A DNA stretch of 64,000 nt, taken from positions 1,470 through 65,469 of the forward strand of contig QHVC01000048.1 in assembly GCA_003222205.1 (NCBI GenBank). The letters run 5' to 3'. The DNA comes from Gemmatimonadota bacterium (GTDB taxonomy: Bacteria > Gemmatimonadota > Gemmatimonadetes > Gemmatimonadales > GWC2-71-9). This document shows positions 56,504-64,000 of this stretch, piece after piece. Both the position numbers and the translations under genes were made by a program. How positions within the stretch are numbered: position 1 is the stretch's first letter; the number at the start of each line of letters is the position of its first letter. The notes below the pieces were generated by a model. It was not told the origin of the DNA. It ran no database searches and was given only the letters and a program-made list of their open reading frames with translations.

Positions 56504-57405
56504 GCCTTCCTGGTCCCCTGTTCCGGGATGATGATCAGGACCTGCGCCCCCGGGAAAGCGGCGAGCCCGTCCGCGAGCGGCACGTCGTCGTCCCACGACG
56601 GCGTGATGCTGATCCGTGCCGTGCCGCTGCGGATCGAGATCTTCCCGTCCCACCGGCTCACATAATTGCGAATGCCCTTCAACCCCTGCCCGCGCCCGGG
56701 GTCGCGAAAGCGGCTGACCCCCTGGACGAGCGCCGCTTCCAGCGCGGCCGCGTCGCCCCAGCGCGTTCCAAACCGTGTGGCCTGCGTCGGCGCGAGGGAG
56801 TGCCGGAACCCGACGCCCGCGTCGGCCACCGCGATCACCACCACGCGCTTGGCGAGCCGCCGGCGCCAATGGTAGCTCTGCACCGCCACCCAGCCGCCCG
56901 TGCCGGCGTGTTCTACAATATTCTGACACGCTTCCGAAAGCGCCATAGCGAATCCCATCGTCGCCTTGGGATCCACCCCCAGCTCCGCGGTGAGAATCGC
57001 CGTCGCCCGCTGCTGGATGTGACTCACCACCTCGTGCACGTCCTCGGCGGCCCGGACCGCGGTGACCGGCAGTAACACGTCGCTGTCCTCCAGCGGCTTG
57101 GTCTTCGGGATGCGGCCGTGGATCTCGAACAACTCGCCCGCCGCGCGGAAGAATCCGGCGCGCGACCAGTACGACACCACCTCCGCCGCCGTCGGGGCGG
57201 TGAGCAGCGGCTTCTCGCGCCCGCCTGCGCCGGCCGCCTGCCCGGCCGCCAGCAGGCCCACGAGACCGTACGGCGACGCCCAGTCGGCGGCGTGGGCGTC
57301 GAACAGCAGGCGCTCGCCGTCGGCCCAGGCGGTCACGAAGCCGCCGGCGAACTGGTCGAAGGTGCGATCGTCGAAGGACGCCGGGACCTCAACGAGGCGC
57401 GTCAT
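56500..57405 (-). CDS. GHKL-type ATP-binding protein (RsbW/SpoIIAB-like HATPase_c) with an uncharacterised ~110-aa N-terminal domain
   Basis: 301 aa from the ATG at 57405 (ATGA overlap with the PfkB gene). The N-box is LSEACQNIVEHAG, G1 is VADAGVGF and G2 is GRGQGLKGI. There is no H-box or DHp region. Confidence 0.68.
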   Translation of the reverse strand: MTRLVEVPASFDDRTFDQFAGGFVTAWADGERLLFDAHAADWASPYGLVGLLAAGQAAGAGGREKPLLTAPTAAEVVSYWSRAGFFRAAGELFEIHGRIPKTKPLEDSDVLLPVTAVRAAEDVHEVVSHIQQRATAILTAELGVDPKATMGFAMALSEACQNIVEHAGTGGWVAVQSYHWRRRLAKRVVVIAVADAGVGFRHSLAPTQATRFGTRWGDAAALEAALVQGVSRFRDPGRGQGLKGIRNYVSRWDGKISIRSGTARISITPSWDDDVPLADGLAAFPGAQVLIIIPEQGTRKA

Positions 57406-58355
57406 ACCGCGGTGAGGCGGCCGAGGAGATGGTCGCGCAGGCCGGTGGCGCCGCGGTGGCCGACGTTGCGCGCGGCCATGCGGCACCCCGTCCGGATCGC
57501 CGTCTCGAGGTCGGCGCCGTGCAGGAGGGCGGCGGTCGCGGTGGCGCCGAACACGTCGCCGCAGCCGGTAGGGTCTCCCGCGTCCACGCTCGCACCTTCT
57601 TCGGCCGGGGCCGCGATCCGGGCGGTGCGGATCGGCCCTGTGCGCCTTGGCGTCTTGGCGTCCCCCGACTGCGTAAAGTAGACGGCGCCCCGCGCGCCGA
57701 GGGTCACGCACAGCGTCGAGCAGCCGCCTTGGGCCAGGGCGCTCGCGGCCACGGCCAGCGGGTCACTGCCCAGTTGTTGCATCTCCTCTTCGTTGAGCTG
57801 CACCGTGTCGAAGCAGGCGAACCAGTCGAGCGCCTGCGGGGGCGGCTGGAGGTAGCGCGTCCCGTCCTCCGCCTTGCCGAGGAAGAGGCTGTGGAGGTCG
57901 GCGTAGATAAAACGGGCGAAGCCGCGGCGCAGCAGGCGGGCGGTCTCGAGGGACAGCTCAAACCCGGAGATGAAGTTCAAGTAGAGCGCGTCGAGGTCGG
58001 CCAGCTGCGGCCCGAGCTCGGGCCACGTCCACGGCGGCACGCCGCCGACCATCTGTTCGCAGCGCCGCTCGGTCGAGTAGTAGCGCAGCGTGACGCGGTT
58101 GTTGGGCTCGGGGACTGCAATGAACCGGGTGTCGGGCGTCAGGTGGCGGAGCGTGCGCAGGAAGCCGTTGGCCCGCGAGGCCAGGTCACGGCCCACCTTC
58201 ACGAGGGGCACGATCTGCCAGTCGTCACCGAGGCTCGCGTCGAGCGCCGCCAGCGCGTAGGCGATGCCACCCCACTCCTCGACCGCCGGCTGGGCGGGAT
58301 CGCGGCCGTAGATGGTATCCCACACCATCGAGCCCAGCACCCCGAGCCGTTTCAC
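57402..58355 (-). CDS. PfkB-family carbohydrate/nucleoside kinase
   Basis: 317 aa. The C-terminal motif DPTGCGDVFGATATAALLHG is the PfkB signature 2 region, and ..LCVTLGARGAVY.. is present. Confidence 0.78.
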   Translation of the reverse strand: MKRLGVLGSMVWDTIYGRDPAQPAVEEWGGIAYALAALDASLGDDWQIVPLVKVGRDLASRANGFLRTLRHLTPDTRFIAVPEPNNRVTLRYYSTERRCEQMVGGVPPWTWPELGPQLADLDALYLNFISGFELSLETARLLRRGFARFIYADLHSLFLGKAEDGTRYLQPPPQALDWFACFDTVQLNEEEMQQLGSDPLAVAASALAQGGCSTLCVTLGARGAVYFTQSGDAKTPRRTGPIRTARIAAPAEEGASVDAGDPTGCGDVFGATATAALLHGADLETAIRTGCRMAARNVGHRGATGLRDHLLGRLTAV

Positions 58356-59317
58356 ACGCGACCCCAGGTGCGCTGGATGAACACCGCCGCCGCGCCGTAG
58401 ACGCCGGCCGTCCCCGGCAGCGATCCGGGCAGGATGCGGCAGACGTCGACCGCCGGCTTGAAGGCGCGGCGCTCGACCTCGCGGACCAGCGGCACGAACA
58501 GCTTGTCCCCGGCGAGCGTGACGCCGCCGCAGATCACGACGACCTGGGGGTTGAAGATGTTGACGATGTTGGCGACGCCGGCGCCGAGCAACACGGCGGT
58601 CTCCCGCACCACCTCGAGGGCGTAGGGGTCGCCGTCGTTCGCCGCCTCATAGATGACCTGGGCGGTGAGTTTCGACAGGTCGCCGCGGACGTATTGCGGG
58701 AGCGCCGTCTCCGCCCCGGCTTCGATCCCTTCGACGGCGCGCGCGGCGATGGCGGGACCGGAGGCGTACGCCTCGAGGCAACCGTCATTGCCGCACTTGC
58801 AGCGGCGACCATTCGCGTTGATGGTCATGTGCCCCAGCTCGCCGGCAACGTCCGACGCGCCGTGGTAGATCTTGCCGCCGAGGATGATACCGCCGCCGAT
58901 CCCCGTGCCGATGGTGAGGCCCACGACATGGTCGACGCCGCGGGCCGCCCCGCGCCACCACTCGCCGAAGATCGCACAGTTGGCGTCGTTGTCGAGGGTC
59001 GCCGGGAGGTCGAGCGCCTGCGCGATGCGATCGCGCAGCGGCATGTTGGTCCAGCCGAGGTTGGGCGTGAGCAGCACCACGCCGCTCTTGGTGTCGAGCG
59101 GCCCGGGCGAGCCGATGCCGACGCCGGCGATCTCCCGGCCCTTGGCCTTGGCCATCGAGGCGCGCGCCAGCTTGACGATGCGCTCGACGACCGCGTCGGG
59201 GCCCTGCTCGGGGAGCGTGGGCTCGGACACGACGCCCACGGCCTCCGAGCCGTCTTCGGCCACCACGCCGACCACGACGTTCGTCCCCCCGACGTCAATC
59301 CCGACGATGTAGCGCAC
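58352..59317 (-). CDS. ROK-family glucokinase
   Basis: The GTG at 59317 gives [19 protein letters not shown]... Motifs present: GIGSPGPLD..LDNDANCAIFGE..TIGTGIGGGIILGGKIYHG..GELGHM..CKCGNDGCLEAYAS (Zn motif). Confidence 0.85.
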   Translation of the reverse strand: MRYIVGIDVGGTNVVVGVVAEDGSEAVGVVSEPTLPEQGPDAVVERIVKLARASMAKAKGREIAGVGIGSPGPLDTKSGVVLLTPNLGWTNMPLRDRIAQALDLPATLDNDANCAIFGEWWRGAARGVDHVVGLTIGTGIGGGIILGGKIYHGASDVAGELGHMTINANGRRCKCGNDGCLEAYASGPAIAARAVEGIEAGAETALPQYVRGDLSKLTAQVIYEAANDGDPYALEVVRETAVLLGAGVANIVNIFNPQVVVICGGVTLAGDKLFVPLVREVERRAFKPAVDVCRILPGSLPGTAGVYGAAAVFIQRTWGRV

Positions 59318-60311
59318 CGGTCTCCTCGAGGGCGGCGAGCACCGGCTCGAGCGCCAGCCGCCGCATGCAGTGGTGATGCCCCAGGGGACAGCGGGGCGGC
59401 CCGTGGCGCGAACACGGCCGGCAGCCGAGGTCGTCCACGCCCAGCGCGACGTCGCGCGGCCCACGGGGCCCGAACCCGAAGCTGGGGAGCGTCGGGCCGA
59501 ACAGCGCGACGATCGGCGTGCCGGCGGCGGCCGCGAAGTGCAACGGTGCCGAGTCGTTCGTCACCAGCGCCGCGGCCTTGGCGATCAGCGCGACGGCCTC
59601 CCGCAGCGAGAGGCGTCCGCAGGCATTGACCGCCCGCCCGCCGGACCGCCCCACCGTTCCGACGATGGCCTCGCCCAGCTCCCGATCGTCTCCGCTTCCC
59701 ACCACGACGATGGCGGCGCGCGCCGCCAGCCGCTCCGCCAGCTCCGCGAAGTACGGCCACCGCTTGCTGCCCCAGATCGATCCGGGCGCGAGCGCCACGA
59801 ATGTTCCGCCGGCCGCGAGGCCGCCCTCGCGCAGCACCCGTTCGGCGGCGGCGCGGTCCGACAGCGTCGTGACGAGCACCGGCGGCGTCTGGTGATGCGG
59901 CTTCACGTCCGCCAGCGCGAGCAGCCGGTCGATCTCATGCCCGGTGGCCGGCCGCCGCTTCACCTCCGTATACAGCAGCGGCCACCCGTCGTGAAAGCCG
60001 ATGCGGCGGGGCACGCGGGCGAGCCACGCCAGCGCCGCCGAGCGCAAGGACCGGTGGGGAAGATACGCCGTCTCGTAACGCTCGGCGCGCAGGGCGCGGG
60101 CGAGGGCGAGCAGCCCCGTGAGCCCCCGGTCCGTGCCGCGCTTGTCGTACGCCCGCACGCGCCGCACGGCGGGGTGCGTCTCGACCAGCGGCGCGGCCGC
60201 CGGCGTGGTGACGACGTCCAGCGGCCCGTGGCGCTCGGCGAGCGCGGCCAGCAGGGGCGTCGTCAGCACCACGTCGCCCAGGAAAGCGGTCTGGACGACG
60301 AGGCTAGTCAA
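59295..60311 (-). CDS. glycosyltransferase family 9 (LPS heptosyltransferase-like)
   Basis: 338 aa: [75 protein letters not shown]. Confidence 0.82.
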   Translation of the reverse strand: MTSLVVQTAFLGDVVLTTPLLAALAERHGPLDVVTTPAAAPLVETHPAVRRVRAYDKRGTDRGLTGLLALARALRAERYETAYLPHRSLRSAALAWLARVPRRIGFHDGWPLLYTEVKRRPATGHEIDRLLALADVKPHHQTPPVLVTTLSDRAAAERVLREGGLAAGGTFVALAPGSIWGSKRWPYFAELAERLAARAAIVVVGSGDDRELGEAIVGTVGRSGGRAVNACGRLSLREAVALIAKAAALVTNDSAPLHFAAAAGTPIVALFGPTLPSFGFGPRGPRDVALGVDDLGCRPCSRHGPPRCPLGHHHCMRRLALEPVLAALEETGALHRRD

Positions 60312-62103
60312 CCTGCAGGACCGCCAGGAAGGCTTCCTGGGGGATCTCGACCGAGCCCACCTGCTTCATCCGACGCTTTCCTTCTTTCTGTTTCTCGAGC
60401 AGCTTGCGCTTGCGGGTGACGTCGCCACCGTAGCACTTGGCCGTGACGTTCTTGCGCAGGGGGCGAATCGTTTCCCGGGCGATCACCTTGGTGCCGATCG
60501 CCGCCTGGATCACCACCTCGAACAGCTGCCGCGGGATCAGCTCGCGCAGCTTCTCGGCGATCTTCTTGCCCCACTCGTACGCCTTGTCGCGATGGATGAT
60601 GACGCTGAAGGCGTCCACCGGCTCCCCGTTGAGCAGCATGTCGAGCTTCACGAGGTCGGAGCGGCGGTAGCCGAGGAAGTCGTAATCGAGCGTCGCATAG
60701 CCGCGCGAGATCGTCTTGAGCTTGTCGTAGAAGTCGAGGATGATCTCGGCGAGCGGGAACTCCCACGTGAACTCGACGCGCGCGGGATCGAGGTAATGCA
60801 TCCCCAGGTAGACGCCGCGCCGCTCCTGGCCCAGCGTCATGATCGCCCCGATGTACTCGGCGGGGACGATGATGCGCGCCTTCACGTACGGCTCCTCGAT
60901 CCGGTCCACCGTGGAGCCGTGCGGCATGCGACTCGGGTTTTCCACGACCTCGAGCGATCCGTCGGTGCGGTACACGTGGTACTCCACGTTCGGCACGGTA
61001 CTGATCAGGTCGAGCGTGAACTCCCGCTCCAGCCGCTCGCGCACGATCTCCATGTGCAGCAGGCCGAGGAACCCGCAGCGAAAGCCGAAGCCGAGCGCCA
61101 CCGACGACTCCGGCTCGTAGTGCAGCGAGGCATCGTTGAGCTGCAGCTTGGCGAGCGCGTCGCGCAGCTCCTCGAACTGCTCCGCGTTGGTCGGGTACAG
61201 CCCGGCGAACACCATCGACTTGATGTCCCGGTAGCCCGGGAGCAACGGGACGTCGCGGTGCTCGGCGTCGAGCACCGTGTCTCCGGGCCGCGTCTCGCGC
61301 ACCCCGCGCACGTTGGCGACGAAGTAGCCCACCTCGCCCGCCTCGAGCTGCTCGGCCGGCTTGCGGTCGAGCTGCAGGTAGCCGACTTCGTCCACGTCGT
61401 AAGTGTCGTCTTGGTGGGCGCCGAAGGCGATCTTCATCCCCCGCGTCAGCACGCCGTCCACCACCCGGACACTCGGCACGGCGCCGCGGTAGCGGTCGTA
61501 GTAGGAGTCGAAGATCAGCGCGCGCAGGGGGGCCGTCGGATCGCCGCGCGGCGCGGGCACGCGTCGCACCACCGCTTCGAGCACCTCGGGAACCCCGGTC
61601 CCTTCTTTGGCGGAGATGCGCAGGATGTCCTCGGGACTGGCGCCGATGACCTCGTGGAGCTCCTGGGCGCGCCGGTCGGGTTCGGCGCCCGGCAGGTCGA
61701 TCTTGTTCAGCACCGGGATGATCTCGAGGCCGGCGTCGAGCGCGAGAAACAGGTTCGACAGGGTCTGCGCCTGCACCCCCTGGGAGGCGTCCACGACCAG
61801 GATGGCGCCCTCGCAGGCGGCGAGCGAGCGCGACACCTCGTAGGTGAAATCGACGTGGCCCGGCGTGTCGATGAGGTTGAGCTCGTACAGCTCGCCGCTG
61901 CGAGCGCGGTAGCTCATGCGCACCGCGTTGAGCTTGATGGTGATGCCGCGCTCGCGCTCCAGGTCCATGGTGTCGAGGACCTGGTCGCGCATCTGCCGTT
62001 TGTCGAGGGTGCCGGTGAGCTCGATGAGACGGTCGGCCAGGGTGGACTTCCCGTGGTCGATGTGCGCGATGATGCAGAAGTTGCGGATGTTGGCTTGGCG
62101 CAT
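60304..62103 (-). CDS. lepA: translation elongation factor 4
   Basis: The ATG at 62103 gives [54 protein letters not shown]. The C-terminus has LepA-specific ..[36 protein letters not shown]. Confidence 0.95.
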   Translation of the reverse strand: MRQANIRNFCIIAHIDHGKSTLADRLIELTGTLDKRQMRDQVLDTMDLERERGITIKLNAVRMSYRARSGELYELNLIDTPGHVDFTYEVSRSLAACEGAILVVDASQGVQAQTLSNLFLALDAGLEIIPVLNKIDLPGAEPDRRAQELHEVIGASPEDILRISAKEGTGVPEVLEAVVRRVPAPRGDPTAPLRALIFDSYYDRYRGAVPSVRVVDGVLTRGMKIAFGAHQDDTYDVDEVGYLQLDRKPAEQLEAGEVGYFVANVRGVRETRPGDTVLDAEHRDVPLLPGYRDIKSMVFAGLYPTNAEQFEELRDALAKLQLNDASLHYEPESSVALGFGFRCGFLGLLHMEIVRERLEREFTLDLISTVPNVEYHVYRTDGSLEVVENPSRMPHGSTVDRIEEPYVKARIIVPAEYIGAIMTLGQERRGVYLGMHYLDPARVEFTWEFPLAEIILDFYDKLKTISRGYATLDYDFLGYRRSDLVKLDMLLNGEPVDAFSVIIHRDKAYEWGKKIAEKLRELIPRQLFEVVIQAAIGTKVIARETIRPLRKNVTAKCYGGDVTRKRKLLEKQKEGKRRMKQVGSVEIPQEAFLAVLQVD

Positions 62104-62125
62104 TGGAGGAGGAATATACGTCCGG

Positions 62126-62153
62126 GACGTCTGACGTCTGACGTCTGATGTCT
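62126..62153. repeat. tandem heptamer (GACGTCT)x3 plus GATGTCT in the lepA/rho divergent spacer
   Basis: GACGTCT GACGTCT GACGTCT GATGTCT occupies 62126-62153, inside a 63-nt spacer. Confidence 0.9.
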
Positions 62154-62166
62154 GTACCTTTAATCC

Positions 62167-63231
62167 TTGCCCCCCATCACCGGTTGGTTCGATCCCGCCC
62201 CCAAGGGCGGGTTCCTGCGCCGCGCGGCGAACGGCTACCTGCCGGCCTCCGGGGATTCGCCCGTGCGCCTCCCGGGTCTGCGGTGCGGCGACCTGGTGAT
62301 CCTCGAGGACGGCCGCGTGCGCAGCGTGAACGGGCTTCCTCCGGAGAAGCTCGACGCCCGCCCGAACTTTCCGGAGATGGGCGCCGTCCACCCCAGCCGC
62401 CCGCTCACGCTCGAGACGCCAGGCGCCTCGAGCCCGCGCACCGCCGATATCCAGCGCGTGGTGGACCTCGTGTGCCCGCTCGGCTTCGGTCAGCGAATGC
62501 TCATCGTCTCACCGCCCAAGGCCGGCAAGACGATCATGCTGCAGGCCGTGGCGGAGGCGGTGGCGCTGAACTATCCCGCGGCCATCCTCCTCATCCTGCT
62601 CGTGGACGAGCGCCCCGAGGAGGTGAGCGAGATGATCGATTGGGGCCGGGGCGAAGTCATCGCGTCGAGCTTCGACCTGCCGCACGAGCGGCACGTCGCC
62701 GTGGCGGACATGGTCTTCGAGCACGCCCGGCGCCAGGTGGAGCTGGGGCGGGACGTGGTGATCGTGCTCGACTCGCTCACGCGCCTCGCGCGCTCGCACA
62801 ACACCGCGAGCCGCAGCAGCGGCCGCACGATGACGGGCGGTATCGACGCCAACGCCCTCGCCGAACCCAAGGCGCTGTTCGGCGCGGCCCGCGCGGTGCC
62901 CAAGGGCGGGTCGCTGACGGTGATCGCCACCGCGTTGGTGGAGACCGAGAGCCGCATGGACGATGTGATCTTCGAGGAGTTCAAAGGGACGGGGAACGCG
63001 GAGCTGCGGTTGTTGCGGGCGCTCGCCGACCGGCGCCTCTATCCGGCCGTGGACCTCGCGGCGAGCGGTACGCGGCGCGAAGAGCTGCTCGGCGACGCCG
63101 CCACGGTGGAGGCCAAACAGAAGCTCCGGCGCACCCTGGTGGGGCTGCCGCCGGAGCGGGCGATCGAGGCGTTGCTCGCGCAGCTCAAGCGCGCCAAGAC
63201 GAACACCGAGTTGCTCGCCGCGCTCGCCTGA
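62167..63231 (+). CDS. rho: transcription termination factor Rho (short form lacking the N-terminal helix bundle)
   Basis: 354 aa. TTG 62167 is the first possible start because an in-frame TAA lies at 62161-62163. Motifs present: [85 protein letters not shown] and RRLYPAVDL. Confidence 0.9.
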   Translation: MPPITGWFDPAPKGGFLRRAANGYLPASGDSPVRLPGLRCGDLVILEDGRVRSVNGLPPEKLDARPNFPEMGAVHPSRPLTLETPGASSPRTADIQRVVDLVCPLGFGQRMLIVSPPKAGKTIMLQAVAEAVALNYPAAILLILLVDERPEEVSEMIDWGRGEVIASSFDLPHERHVAVADMVFEHARRQVELGRDVVIVLDSLTRLARSHNTASRSSGRTMTGGIDANALAEPKALFGAARAVPKGGSLTVIATALVETESRMDDVIFEEFKGTGNAELRLLRALADRRLYPAVDLAASGTRREELLGDAATVEAKQKLRRTLVGLPPERAIEALLAQLKRAKTNTELLAALA

Positions 63232-63246
63232 CGCGGCGGCCGACGC

Positions 63247-64000
63247 TCAGTTGCCGGTGCGCTGCACGATCCTTCGATAGCTGTCGGGGTTCCACTTGGG
63301 CCGCTCGGTGCGGTTCGCCACGTCGAGCCCGAGGTAAAAGTCGAGCTTGATGATGCGGCTCTCCTTCTCTCCGTCGATCTTGGCGACTTCGTCCGACACC
63401 TGGTGGTAATCGGAATGCGTGCCGTTGAAAAAGAACAGGATCGGTACGCCCTTGCGCGCGAAGTTGTAGTGGTCGGAACGAAAGTAGAAGTTCTCCTGCG
63501 GCCAGATGTCGTCGATCGGCGTCATGTGCAGTTCGGGGTGGGCCGCGGCCACGCGGTTCAGCGTCGCGCCCAGGTCCGAGTGCTCCTTGCCGATCACCGC
63601 GATCGTGTCCTTCCAGTTGCGACCGATCATGTCGGTGTTCAGATCCGCCACGATGCTGGCGAGCGGCACGGTGGGGTGTTCGCTGAAGTATTCGCTTCCC
63701 CACAGTCCCCGCTCCTCGCCGCTGACCGTCATGAAGACGAGCGAGCGCCGGGGACGGGGCGTGAGCTGAGAGAACGCCTCGGCGAGCTTGACCACCGCGA
63801 TCGTACCGGAGCCGTCGTCGTCGGCGCCGTTGCAAATCGAGTCCGCGCCCCTGGCGACGCAGTCCTCTCCGGAGCCGGGCGTCCCGAGGTGATCCATGTG
63901 CCCGGTAAAGAAGACGTATTCGCGCTTGAGAGTGGGGTCGGAACCCTCGAGAATGCCGATGACGTTTGGCGCGGTCGCCCGTTCAGCGACCTGCTCCAGG
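63247..64000 (-). CDS. M28-family aminopeptidase, C-terminal part (N-terminus outside the window)
   Basis: The frame stays open to the window edge: ..NVIGILEGSDPTLKREYVFFTGHMDHLG..GADDDGSGTIAVVKLAEAF..SLVFMTVSGEERGLWGSEYF..DMIG..SDHYNFARKGVP. Confidence 0.85.
   Translation of the reverse strand, partial: LEQVAERATAPNVIGILEGSDPTLKREYVFFTGHMDHLGTPGSGEDCVARGADSICNGADDDGSGTIAVVKLAEAFSQLTPRPRRSLVFMTVSGEERGLWGSEYFSEHPTVPLASIVADLNTDMIGRNWKDTIAVIGKEHSDLGATLNRVAAAHPELHMTPIDDIWPQENFYFRSDHYNFARKGVPILFFFNGTHSDYHQVSDEVAKIDGEKESRIIKLDFYLGLDVANRTERPKWNPDSYRRIVQRTGN

Noticed and set aside
62105-62125. Plus-strand Shine-Dalgarno-like GGAGGAGG followed by a possible tiny leader ORF upstream of rho.
   Set aside because: No ATG, GTG or TTG follows at a usable distance. 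The reading frames hit TGA within a few codons inside the heptamer array.

Overview
This is 64 kb of a very GC-rich, extremely gene-dense chromosome segment; GC was judged by eye, not computed. The only intergenic gap over 130 nt is 196 nt long. The organism is a diderm bacterium, judging from a TonB-dependent receptor, outer-membrane barrels, an LPS heptosyltransferase and FtsEX-EnvC. Its proteins look Gemmatimonadota-like to me, but that is an unverified impression.

I call about 58 protein genes and 2 tRNAs (Lys-UUU, Asn-GUU). I see no rRNA, CRISPR array, transposase, integrase or prophage genes.

**Content is mostly core housekeeping:**
- punA (partial), thiD, a TrmH-family methyltransferase and a prepilin peptidase.
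- The rpsP-rimM-trmD-rplS-rnhB block.
- ilvE, two lytic transglycosylases, moaC, holB and uvrA.
- A maeB-pckA-HD string.
- A metal-uptake string: nfo, a Cys/His-rich small protein, a porin, ZnuA-like and ZnuB-like proteins, an outer-membrane barrel and a matrixin.
- pcm, a REC-GAF-GGDEF cyclase and a short rho.
- A 10-gene zero-gap string running from lepA to envC.
- A block of three large PAS/GAF histidine kinases plus one LuxR-type regulator.

**Things worth a second look:**
1. A recurring architecture of tandem 7-15-nt units mirrored by tandem copies of their reverse complement. It occurs at four loci, plus two single-orientation arrays, and always at gene boundaries or starts.
2. An orphan GHKL ATPase / STAS_2 (DUF4325-like) pair welded by 4-nt overlaps into the lepA-to-envC string.
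3. Three unrecognisable small ORFs that have their own promoter and are translationally coupled to an MltD-like lipoprotein.
4. A D1-only Clp-type AAA+ ATPase overlapping an HExxH lipoprotein gene.
5. An N-terminally minimal Rho.
6. A 1085-aa hybrid kinase whose ATG lies 5 nt after the 3' end of tRNA-Asn.
7. An AT-rich 196-nt island.

All functional calls come from reading the translations by eye. No database search was run.
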